From positions 1 through 18,812 of the forward strand of contig CDRNVI010000116.1 in the NCBI GenBank assembly GCA_977017575.1: a stretch of DNA of 18,812 nt, written 5' to 3'. Source of the DNA: Paramoeba atlantica (Eukaryota > Protista > Discosea). The notes beneath the pieces are model-generated. The model searched no databases. It saw nothing but the letters and a program-made list of their open reading frames with translations, and was not told the origin of the DNA. Within the stretch, counting starts at the first letter, position 1; each line of letters starts with the position of its first letter. This document shows positions 1 through 10,896 of the stretch, in pieces. A program made the position numbers and the translations under genes.

Positions 1-630
1 GTTTCGGGTCTAATTATTATAACTATAAATATATTAATTACAATTAAAAAATTTAATAATTTTTTATTTTGCTACAATAATTAACTCACTGACCCATTAT
101 GCAAAAGGTACCTTTTAACATATAATTATTTATGCTTAAAGTGCTATTTAGTATTAAATTTCAAAATCTATTTCAACATTTTTAAAAAATTTCTTTTCAT
201 CTTTCCTTCACAGTACTTTTTCACTATCGCTCAATAATAATTCTTTAGCCTTTAGAGATGGTACTCTAATCTTCAAACAAATTTAGTTTTTATTTTACTC
301 AAAACCAATAATAATAATAAAAAATAACAAGACTATTACTTATTTTGTTAATTATTCCAAATTATTATATTTTTTATTTATATTATTGTTTAATTTAGCT
401 ATTTTATTTTCGCTCGCCACTACTAATAATATCATTTTTATTTTTTTTAACTAATTACTAAGATGATTCAATTCATTAGATATTCTTTAATTATTTAATT
501 TAATTGGGTTTTCCCTTTAGATACGTGAATATTGAAAAATTATTATTATTTTACTTTCACATTACGTTTTAAAACGTCTATAAACTTATTATTGGCAAGA
601 TATCCGTTTAATACTATTTTAAATTTATAA
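1..630 (-). rRNA. rnl: Mitochondrial large-subunit rRNA, 5' portion (continues past the window start; 5' end approximate)
   Basis: The reverse complement has conserved LSU domain I/II motifs in the expected order: CGGATATCTTGCC, GAATTGAATCATCTTAGTA, CGATAGTGAAAAAGTACTGTG, GTACCTTTTGCATAATGGGTC, AGACCCGAAAC. Confidence 0.93.
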
Positions 631-689
631 AAAAATTTTAAAATGATTTGTTTAAAAATTATTCAACATTATTATATATTTTAATCAAA

Positions 690-770
690 TGGAAGTGGTA
701 GGATTCGAACCTACGATGTATAAATACAATAGATTTACAGTCTACCGCTTTACCGCTCAGCCACACTATA
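690..770 (-). tRNA. trnY: tRNA-Tyr(GUA); acceptor positions 1-3 mismatched
   Basis: Anticodon arm GTAGA-CTGTAAA-TCTAT, T arm GTAGG-TTCGAAT-CCTAC, long variable arm. 5' TATAGTG vs 3' CACTTCC. Confidence 0.95.
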
Positions 771-778
771 AAAAATTA

Positions 779-852
779 TAATTGGTATAGGACTCGAACC
801 TATATCTAATGATTTAGAAGATCATAATTTTAACCAATTAAACTAACCAATT
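779..852 (-). tRNA. trnR: tRNA-Arg(UCU)
   Basis: Anticodon arm ATGAT-CTTCTAA-ATCAT. Fully paired acceptor stem AATTGGT/ACCAATT. Confidence 0.95.
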
Positions 853-879
853 AAATACAAAACAACAAAAATAGGTTGA

Positions 880-1119
880 TTAAGTATATAAGATTAAGAA
901 AGCCATCATTAGGGCAAACAGAACAATTGCTTCTGTTAATGCGAAACCTAATAAAGTATAACCAAATAAATCGTTTTTAATTGTAGTATTACGTGAATAA
1001 GCAATTAAAAAAGCTCCAAAAACTATTCCTATACCTACTCCAGCACCTGCTAAACCTATAGTAGCTAAACCAGCACCTACTTTTTTTGCAAAAATTAACA
1101 TAATTTCTTGTCCTGCCAT
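880..1119 (-). CDS. atp9: ATP synthase F0 subunit c (79 aa)
   Basis: [17 protein letters not shown] glycine zipper and LGFALTEA helix with the catalytic Glu. TAA stop. Confidence 0.97.
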   Translation of the reverse strand: MAGQEIMLIFAKKVGAGLATIGLAGAGVGIGIVFGAFLIAYSRNTTIKNDLFGYTLLGFALTEAIVLFALMMAFLILYT

Positions 1120-1218
1120 TTTCGAAAATATTTTTATACATATATTTTACTAATTAATAAAAATTCAAAATTGATTACATATTCAAATGTAATCCATAAT
1201 AATATTTACGTAATTATA

Positions 1219-1291
1219 TAAGAAGAGTAGGACTCGAACCTACATCTGTGGCTCATGAGACCACTGAGTTAACCTATTACTCCATCTTAAA
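1219..1291 (-). tRNA. trnM: tRNA-Met(CAU), probably the initiator; acceptor positions 1-3 mismatched
   Basis: Anticodon arm GTGGT-CTCATGA-GCCAC with G29:C41 and G30:C40. A11:U24 in the D stem is an initiator feature. 5' TTTAAGA vs 3' TCTTCTT. Confidence 0.9.
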
Positions 1292-1309
1292 AAATAATTA
1301 ACTCATCGT

Positions 1310-1392
1310 TATTGGAGGAGGGACTCGAACCCTCAAGCCTAAAAGGCAATAGATTTTAAGTCTATCATGTTTACCAATTCCATCACACCATT
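1310..1392 (-). tRNA. trnL: tRNA-Leu(UAA); A2-A71 mismatch
   Basis: Anticodon arm ATAGA-CTTAAAA-TCTAT, long variable arm. 5' AATGGTG vs 3' CTCCAAT (also an internal U6-U67 mismatch). Confidence 0.94.
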
Positions 1393-1447
1393 AAAAAATA
1401 ATTAATAAAAATTTTTGTATATGAAAATAAAATATTATCTCTTATAC

Positions 1448-1465
1448 AAACCCCCCAAACCCCCC
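1448..1465. repeat. Tandem (AAACCCCCC)x2, i.e. G6-T3-G6-T3 on the transcribed strand
   Basis: Read directly. Two C6 runs in an otherwise nearly all-A/T tRNA spacer. Confidence 0.85.
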
Positions 1466-1566
1466 TTATTATATGTGACAAATAATATACTTAAATCAGT
1501 GTATAATAGATTTCAAAAATTTACAAAAAAATTTTATTAAATTAAATTAATACGGATAAAATAATT

Positions 1567-1638
1567 TCATTTCTAAGGGATTTGAACCCTTATTTCTGCT
1601 GTGAAAGAGCAATGTCCTAACCATTAGACGAAGAAAAA
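1567..1638 (-). tRNA. trnE: tRNA-Glu(UUC); U1-G72 and U2-U71
   Basis: Anticodon loop CTTTCAC, T arm AAGGG-TTCAAAT-CCCTT. 5' TTTTTCT vs 3' AGAAATG. Confidence 0.94.
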
Positions 1639-1938
1639 TAAATCATATATTATTAAAGTAAGATATATCTAAAATAAATAATCATATTAATTTACTAATT
1701 TTTTATTTTATTAAAAAAATAAAATCTTTTAAATTACTATAATTATTTATTTTATAATTTTTTCTCTTTTTAAAAAAATTTTAAGTAAAATATGTATGTT
1801 TTATGACTGTTATTTCATATGGTAAATGTACATTTATCATAAATTGATATAATAGATATAATAGATAATATTTTATATTTTATATACAAAACATCTTGAT
1901 TATATAGTAATAAAATAAACATATTTTATTATATTTTA

Positions 1939-2012
1939 TGCGGAGGAAGGGATTCGAACCCTCATCTTTTAACTCGACAGGTTAAAGCTTTAGCCTATTA
2001 AGCTACCTCCTT
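1939..2012 (-). tRNA. trnD: tRNA-Asp(GUC); positions 1-2 mismatched
   Basis: Anticodon arm TTAAC-CTGTCGA-GTTAA. 5' AAGGAGG vs 3' CCTCCGC. Confidence 0.94.
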
Positions 2013-2025
2013 GTTATTATAATTA

Positions 2026-2096
2026 TCAGGACGATAGGATTTGAACCTATAACGTCTACACCCAAAATAGATATTTTACCTTTAAACTACATCCTT
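2026..2096 (-). tRNA. trnP: tRNA-Pro(UGG); A1-G72 mismatch
   Basis: Anticodon arm TCTAT-TTTGGGT-GTAGA. 5' AAGGATG vs 3' CGTCCTG. Confidence 0.94.
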
Positions 2097-2130
2097 ATAA
2101 AAAATATTTTTTCTTTTTTTATACATACAA

Positions 2131-2203
2131 TACAGATGAGGGGACTCGAACCCCTAAAATTTAGTGCCTAAAACTAATATGTCTACCAATTCATCACATC
2201 TAT
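2131..2203 (-). tRNA. trnL: tRNA-Leu(UAG) with a short 5-nt variable loop
   Basis: Anticodon arm TTAGT-TTTAGGC-ACTAA, Leu-type D arm ATG-AATTGGTAGA-CAT. 5' ATAGATG vs 3' CATCTGT (U2-G71 wobble). Confidence 0.92.
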
Positions 2204-2269
2204 CTTTACAAATTAATAAAAAAATTTTAATAAAATATATATTTTATTAATTTTATTATTCTTAATTTA

Positions 2270-2342
2270 GGTAAGAAATGAGACTTGAACTCATACTATC
2301 GAAATCACAACTCGATGTGCTAACCTATTACACCATTCCATA
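2270..2342 (-). tRNA. trnH: tRNA-His(GUG); positions 1-3 mismatched, C73, G-1 not encoded
   Basis: Anticodon arm TCGAG-TTGTGAT-TTCGA. 5' TATGGAA vs 3' TTCTTAC plus discriminator C. Confidence 0.93.
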
Positions 2343-2348
2343 TTTTTA

Positions 2349-2421
2349 TAGATAGTATAGGGCTCGAACCTATAACCCTCAGCTTAAAAGGCCGATGCTC
2401 TACCAATTGAGCTAACTATTT
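2349..2421 (-). tRNA. trnK: tRNA-Lys(UUU); A2-C71 mismatch
   Basis: Anticodon arm TCGGC-CTTTTAA-GCTGA. 5' AAATAGT vs 3' ACTATCT. Confidence 0.95.
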
Positions 2422-2430
2422 TTTTATTTA

Positions 2431-2503
2431 TAACCCCAGATAGACTCGAACTATCAATTTGCACTTATCAAATGCATGTTTTAACCAATTAAACTATAGG
2501 TAT
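2431..2503 (-). tRNA. trnI: tRNA-Ile(GAU); positions 2-3 mismatched
   Basis: Anticodon arm TGCAT-TTGATAA-GTGCA. 5' ATACCTA vs 3' TGGGGTT. Confidence 0.94.
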
Positions 2504-2530
2504 TTATTATATTTATATTAAATTTAAAAA

Positions 2531-2603
2531 AGTTAGGAAACGGACTCGAACCGATATCTATAGATTTGCAATCAATTATAATAACCATTTATACTATCCT
2601 TAA
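2531..2603 (-). tRNA. trnC: tRNA-Cys(GCA); positions 1 and 3 mismatched
   Basis: Anticodon loop TTGCAAA, U73 discriminator. 5' TTAAGGA vs 3' TCCTAAC. Confidence 0.92.
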
Positions 2604-2616
2604 AAAAAATTTTAAT

Positions 2617-2688
2617 ACTTAGGAGTAGGACTCGAACCTACACGATTTGCTGCCAAAAAACAATACTTTACCTTTCAGTCACCCTATT
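2617..2688 (-). tRNA. trnQ: tRNA-Gln(UUG); positions 1-2 mismatched
   Basis: Anticodon arm TTGTT-TTTTGGC-AGCAA. 5' AATAGGG vs 3' TCCTAAG. Confidence 0.92.
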
Positions 2689-2720
2689 TTATTATATTTA
2701 ATTATATCATCTATAATTAA

Positions 2721-2792
2721 CACAGTTGATAGGATTTGAACCTATGTCATTAGTTTTGAAGACTAATATGTTAACCACTACACTACAACTAT
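2721..2792 (-). tRNA. trnW: tRNA-Trp(UCA), able to decode UGA
   Basis: Anticodon arm TTAGT-CTTCAAA-ACTAA, G73. 5' ATAGTTG vs 3' CAACTGT. Matches TGA at conserved Trp sites in the CDSs. Confidence 0.93.
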
Positions 2793-2793
2793 T

Positions 2794-2867
2794 TATCCCC
2801 CATAGGACTTGAACCTATATCAGTACCATTATGAGTGATATGTCTTAACCAATTAGACCAGAGGGAT
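2794..2867 (-). tRNA. CAU-anticodon tRNA: elongator Met or lysidine-type Ile(CAU), identity unresolved
   Basis: Anticodon arm TATCA-CTCATAA-TGGTA. Paired acceptor ATCCCTC/GGGGGAT resembles that of the Ile(GAU) tRNA. No initiator features. Confidence 0.88.
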
Positions 2868-2883
2868 TATATTAGTAAAATTA

Positions 2884-4546
<1,663 letters not shown>

Positions 4547-4553
4547 TGTAAAT

Positions 4554-5423
4554 TTATACTAAATAAAAAATATTCTCTTTTCCATCTTTTAATTCTAATA
4601 TAAGAGGAGCTACCATATCACTACCTCAACAATATATAATCATATATAAAAATAATCATACTACATCAACAAAATGTCAATATCAAGCTGCAAATTCAAA
4701 ACCTAAATGGTGATTACGTGAAAAATGTGATAAATATATACGATAAGTAGTCATACTTAAAGCTATAGTACCAACAATAACGTGAAAACCATGTAAACCA
4801 GTACAACAAAAAAAAGTTGAACCATAAACACCATCTGAAATATCAAAAGCAGAAACACTATATTCATAAAACTGAAAAGATAAAAATAATACAGCAAATA
4901 CAATTGTAACAACCATAGTTAATAAACATTTATCCATATATCCTTGTTTTAAATATAAATGTGCTAAAGTTAAAGTAGCACCTGATGTTAATAATAATAA
5001 AGTATTTAATAAAGGAATACCAAAAGGATCCATAATTATTTCACTCATTCCTACGGGAGGTCAACTACAATTTAATTCTACTGTAGGAAAAATACTTGAA
5101 TGAAAAAAAGCTCAGAAAAAAGCTACAAAAAGCATTACTTCTGAAAAAATAAAAAGTAAAAAGCTTATAATTAAGCTTGATTGAACTTGTTTAGTATGAT
5201 GACCTTCATAACTTGCTTCAATTACTATATCTCTAAATCATAAACATATAATAAATATTACCATAATTAAACCTATAAAAAATACAGGTACACCATAATA
5301 AAATCCTTGAAAAAAAGTTACTAAACCTACTGGCATTGATAATGCAAACATAGATAATAATAAAGGTCATGGACTAATTGTTACAATATGTCAAAAATGA
5401 AAATGTTTAAATTTATTAATCAT
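4554..5423 (-). CDS. cox3: Cytochrome c oxidase subunit 3 (289 aa, code 4)
   Basis: HIVTISPWP at the N-terminus, [28 protein letters not shown]. TAA stop. Confidence 0.97.
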
Positions 5424-5426
5424 ATT

Positions 5427-6446
5427 TTATATACTATTTTCTTTATTTAAAAATTCTTTTATTGATAAATTAAGTTGATCTTGTCATCAATCATAGAAAC
5501 CTCTAGTAAAAACAATAGCATTACTTCCATCTTCATAAAAATAATGATAATAATTTATTAGTTGATTAAACGAATTATTTCTAAAATCTTCACAAGCTAA
5601 ACATAAATATGTAATATAATCTAATTTAGTTATACTATATATTTCAATAGGCATAAAACCATGATTTACACCACATAATTCACTACATTGACCATAAAAA
5701 TGACCAATTCTATCTATAAATAAATTTACCTGATTTAACCTACCAGGACAAGCATCTATTTTTATACCTAATGAAGGGACAGCTCAACAATGTAATACAT
5801 CACTAGCTGTTACATATACTTTTATAAAAGTATCTACAGGCAATACTACTGGATTTGTAGTTTCTAATAAACGTAAACCTTTATCTGATAATTCATTAGT
5901 AGGTACCATATAACTATCGAAACTAAATTCAGCTATATTATTTGAAAAAGAACCTCCTAACTCTATATTTGTATTACTCGCAATATCATATACAATTTGA
6001 GGATTATCTAAACTAAATACAAAAGAATAAGATCAATATCACTGATGTCCTGTAACTTTCATTGTTAACAGACTTACACCAGATATTTCCATAGCATATA
6101 ATAAAGCAAAAGACGGTATTGCTATAGATATTAATATTAAACTTGGTATTATAATTCAAAGAGTTTCTAATAATGTATTATGCGAAATTCTTACATTATA
6201 AAAATTTTTTACTTTATTAAAAATCTCTAAATTACTATTATTATTTATTGTAAATGTACTTAAAGTGAAATAAATCATAGCAAAAGTAAATACAACAATA
6301 AAAACTAAAAAAAACATAATATGATTATGCAAATCAATAATTCCTCGAGCTATAGTATTAGCTGGGTATTGAAAACCTAATTGTCCAGGTAAAGCATAAT
6401 CTGCCTCTAAATTTGAAAAAATTATATTATTTACAAAATTAATCAT
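5427..6446 (-). CDS. cox2: Cytochrome c oxidase subunit 2 (339 aa, code 4) with insertions and a long C-terminal extension
   Basis: KVTGHQWYWSY, DVLHCWAVPSLG, CuA motif [15 protein letters not shown]. Open frame to TAA at 5427. Confidence 0.97.
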
Positions 6447-6451
6447 TTTTT

Positions 6452-7951
6452 TTAAATATTAATACATCATTTATTATAAGAGCCTAAAAAACTTTCTAAA
6501 AAGTTATAATTTAGACCAACTTTATCAGGATGAATTACATCATTTAAAAATTGAAAAAAAGGTAATCAAAATAATTTTTTACTTTCTAAAACCATTTCTT
6601 CAAATACACCATTTATTTTATTTATAGCTAATTTATCAAAAAAACCTTTAGAACCTGCAAAAACTGATAATAAAGATAAATCTAATGAATAATTATTAAA
6701 TCTACTTTGTACAAATAATTCAGTTAATCTATAACCACGATCTAATAATTGTTGAGTAACAGGATCTATATCACAACCTAAACTAGCAAAACTTTCAACT
6801 TCTCTAAATTGGGCTAAACCAACCTTTAAAGAACCTGCTAATGATTTCATTAATTTAGGTTGTGCAGCTCCACCAACTCTACTAACCGATAAACCAACAC
6901 TTACTGCTGGTCTTATACCTGAATAAAATTGTTCAGTATCTAAAAATATTTGACCATCTGTAATAGATATAACATTAGTTGGAATATAAGCCGAAACATC
7001 TCCTTCTAATGTTTCAATAACAGGTAAACCGGTTATTGAACCTGAACCTAATTTAGTAGATAATTTAGAAGATCTTTCTAATAATCTAGAATGTAAATAA
7101 AAAACATCTCCTGGATAAGCTTCTCTACCTGGTGGTCTTCTTAATAATAAAGACATTTGTCTATAAGCGGCAGCATGTTTAGTTAAATCATCATATATAA
7201 TGACACAATGTTTTTTATTATCTCTAAAATACTCACTTATAGAAGTACCTACATAAGGTGCTAAATATTGTAATGATGCAGATTCAGAAGCAAATGCACT
7301 TACAATAACTGTATATTGCGCTGATTGAAATGATTGTAAAGTACTAAATATTCTAGCAGCTGTTGATTTTTTTTGACCAATAGCTACATAAACACAATAT
7401 AAATTAACATTTTTAAAATCAACATTATTATTATAATTTAATTGATTAATAATAGTATCGACAGCTATAGAAGTTTTACCTGTTTGTCTATCACCAATAA
7501 TTAATTCACGTTGACCACGACCTATAGGAATTAAAGAATCTATAGATTTCATACCTGTTAACATAGGTTCATGAACAGATTGTCTAGCGATAATACCTAC
7601 TGCTTTTTGCTCAACATTTTTAACTTCTGTTGCAGCAATAGCTGTATCATTATCTATAGGCTCACCTATAGCATTAATAACTCTACCTAATAATTTAGAA
7701 GAAATATTAATAGTCATTAATTTACCTGTATTTTTGACTCGAACCCCTTGTTTAATTAATTGTTCATTACCAAAAATAACAGAACTAATTTCATTTTCAG
7801 CTAAGTTTAATGCTAATCCTTTAGCACCACTAGAAAATTCTAAAACTTCTCCTGCTTTAGCGTTTTCTAATCCTTTAATTGTTGCAATACCATCCTTAAC
7901 TTTAATTACAATTCCAAAATAAATATTATTTTGCTGATTATTAGCGTCCAT
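6452..7951 (-). CDS. atp1: ATP synthase F1 alpha subunit (499 aa, code 4)
   Basis: Walker [42 protein letters not shown]. Reads through TGA at 6566-6568 to TAA at 6452. Confidence 0.98.
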
Positions 7952-8066
7952 AATTATTTATCTTAAAATACATAATTATTATTATAATAAATTTATGTGT
8001 AATAACGATAAATAAACACACAAAACAAAAAAAGATCAAGTTTAAAGATATTATTATTTTAATAAA

Positions 8067-8780
8067 TTAAAAATAATATCTTGTATAAAAATTCATTATA
8101 TTTAAAAAAGTATAAGAAGTAACCGGAGCAAAAAAAGGTACATCATATATATTAAGACTTATAAATTTAAAAACAAAATTATTATAATCATATTCAATAT
8201 AATTAGGTATAATACTTCGAGATCAATTTTTTGTTTTTATATTATAATATAATTTTTTTTTAAAATATAATATTTTTTTTTTATTTAAAGTTAATATATC
8301 ACCTTTTTTTAAATTATATTGTGGATTAATTATAATATTATTATTAACAATAATATTACCATTAAATATTCATTGTCTAGCTGATCTAACACTTTTAACT
8401 AAATGTAATCTATAAACTAATACATCTAATCTAGATTCCATCATATAAATAAAATAACTTAAAGCATATTTTTTTTTAAAACTTTTTTTTATGATTTTTT
8501 TTATATTTTTAATACTTAAAAAACCATAAAAAATTCTAAATTGTCTTCGTAAAATAAAATATTTACCATATCTAGTTCTTCTTCTAAAATATACAGGTTT
8601 CTCAAAATTATTAATCCTATAAAAATTTATTCTTTTATTATATTTAAATTTTTTTATTTTTAATAATTTAATAATATAATTTCTAATTAATAATAATTTT
8701 CTATTTAATATTATTCTACCTCAAAGATCTCTTTTATAAACTCTTATTAAATTTAATTTTTTATAATTTACTTTTAACAT
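8067..8780 (-). CDS. rps4: Ribosomal protein S4 (237 aa, code 4)
   Basis: N-terminal RDLWGR, RQFRIFYG, S4 domain ESRLDVLVYRLH...SARQWIFNGNIIVN, C-terminal PNYIEYDY. Confidence 0.93.
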
Positions 8781-9379
8781 TTTTTAAATAAAATTCTATT
8801 TTGCTTATATATATATTTTCATAAATTATATATAATTAAAGAATTATTAACCATAATATTATAACAAATATGAATATCCTTTTCTAAAAATGATGTGTTT
8901 TTTATAGATAATATTTTATATTCTAAAAATATTTTAAAAAAATTATTATAATCTTTTCAACTATCTTTTGACATAAATACTATATCAGGTAACCTTTTTG
9001 ATCTATAATTAACTATATTTTTATAATGTTTTCGACCTTTTTTAATAAACATATAAAAATTAGATATAAAACCATAAATTTTATCTAAATATACCATATA
9101 AAAATTTTTTATTTTTACTCTTTTTAATGAAGTATTAATTATATTACTATCTGATAATAAACATAATAAAGATATACCTAATTTAGTTGAAATATAATTA
9201 ATTATATTAATTATATTTTTTATATTAAAAAATATAGAAACAATATCTATAATTACATAATTATGTAATTTACATCAACCAATTATATTATTAATTTGTT
9301 GTCTACCTCATTTATTTTTTTTATGTAAAGATATATTATAATTACTTGAAATTAACTGATTTAAATATAAATACTTCAT
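8774..9379 (-). CDS. rps2: Ribosomal protein S2, divergent (201 aa, code 4); overlaps the rps4 start by 7 nt
   Basis: Continuous K/I/N-rich ORF with S2-like segments (YVIIDI, YGFISNF, RLPDIVF), directly downstream of nad2. Confidence 0.72.
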
Positions 9380-9391
9380 AAATTATTATTA

Positions 9392-10885
9392 TTATATTAT
9401 ATAATTTAAATATTCTAATAAAAAAGGCAATAATAATATAAAAATCGAATTTACTACAAATAATATAACAATTATGTAAGCATAACTTTTTTTTAAAGGA
9501 GTTAAAAAAAATCAATAAAAACTATTATTAAACATAATAATTTTTATTAACCTTAAATAATAAAAACAACTAACTACACTAAATAAAAGTCCAATTACTA
9601 CTAATAAATAATAATTTTGTTTTAATGCACTAATGAAAATAAAAAATTTACTGAAAAATCCAGCTAATGGTGGTATTCCTGCTAATGAAAATATAGCTAT
9701 TAATAAAATTATAAATAATAAATTATTAGATTTTATAATATATAAAAATTGATATATAGTATTAATCCCTTTATAATTATTAAATTTAAATATATTTAAT
9801 CATATTATTAAAATATTTATTAAAGCTAAAATATAAATTATTATATATAAAGTTAAAGTCAATACATCATTTAATATTAAAATTAATAATATAAAACCCA
9901 TATGATTAATAGAACTGTAAGCTATTAATCTTGAAAATTTTTTAGATTGTAAAGCCCCTAATATACCTATAAATCAAGATAATAGTATAAATATTAAAAA
10001 AAATATTTGTCAGTCGATTAAATCTTTTATTAAAATTATAGAATATATTTTTCAAAAAAATATTAATATAGCCAATTTAGGCAATAATGCAAAAATAGCT
10101 AATACTATTTTCAAAGAACCTTCATAAATATCTGGTAATCATATATGAAACGGAGGTATAGCTAATTTGAAAAATAATCCTATATTAATAAATAATAAAC
10201 CTATAAATATATAAGAATCCCAATTTATATTATATAAACCTAATTCAAATAATTTTGATAAATCATAAAAATTAGTAAATCCAGTTACACCATATATAAT
10301 TGCTATACCTACTATTAATAAACTTGATGAAAATGATCCTAATATAAAATATTTTAAACCAGCTTCTATAGAACTATTCTTATTTCTATTTATTGCCGCT
10401 AAAATATAAAAACATAAACTTTGTAATTCGATAGAAAGATATGCTGTAATAAAATCATATGATAATAATAAAGTTATCATACCAATAAAAGATAATAACA
10501 TTAATATATAAAATTCAAATATTAATAATTTATTTAATCTCATATAATTATAAGAAGTAACTAATAATATAATCATAATTATTGACAATAAATTTTTATA
10601 AAAAAAAATTATACCGTCACTATATAATAAATAAGATGAAATAATAAAATTATTATCTATATTATTAATATTTAATAATATAAATAATATTAATATAAAT
10701 ACCAATAAATTAATAGTACAATAAACTAATTTTATATATTTATATACATTAATATTTGAATAAAAAATAATAAATACTAAAATTAATAAAACACCAGAAA
10801 TTAAAAATATTTCTGGTAATAAATATTTAATATCATTATATATAGAATGATATTCCTGATTTTTAAAAATAATTGTAAAATTCAT
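9392..10885 (-). CDS. nad2: NADH dehydrogenase subunit 2 (497 aa, code 4)
   Basis: YLSIELQSLCFYILA, SIEAGLKYFILG, FKLAIPPFH, LAYSSINHMG, AGIPPLAGFFSK. Confidence 0.96.
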
Positions 10886-10896
10886 AATAATTAAAT

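Noticed and set aside
1448-1465. Telomeric repeat
   Set aside because: Only two units, located inside a tRNA cluster.
2721-2792. Selenocysteine or suppressor tRNA
   Set aside because: Standard short cloverleaf with no long variable arm. UGA is a general Trp codon here.
1219-2867. Regularly spaced GTTCGA-type repeats as a CRISPR or repeat array
   Set aside because: They are the T-loops of consecutive tRNA genes.
4554-4620. Cox3 C-terminal extension of about 20 aa
   Set aside because: Real in the sequence but short and motif-less. Such extensions are common in protist mtDNAs.
7734-7922. 62-aa plus-strand ORF
   Set aside because: Antisense shadow of atp1 with no independent signal.
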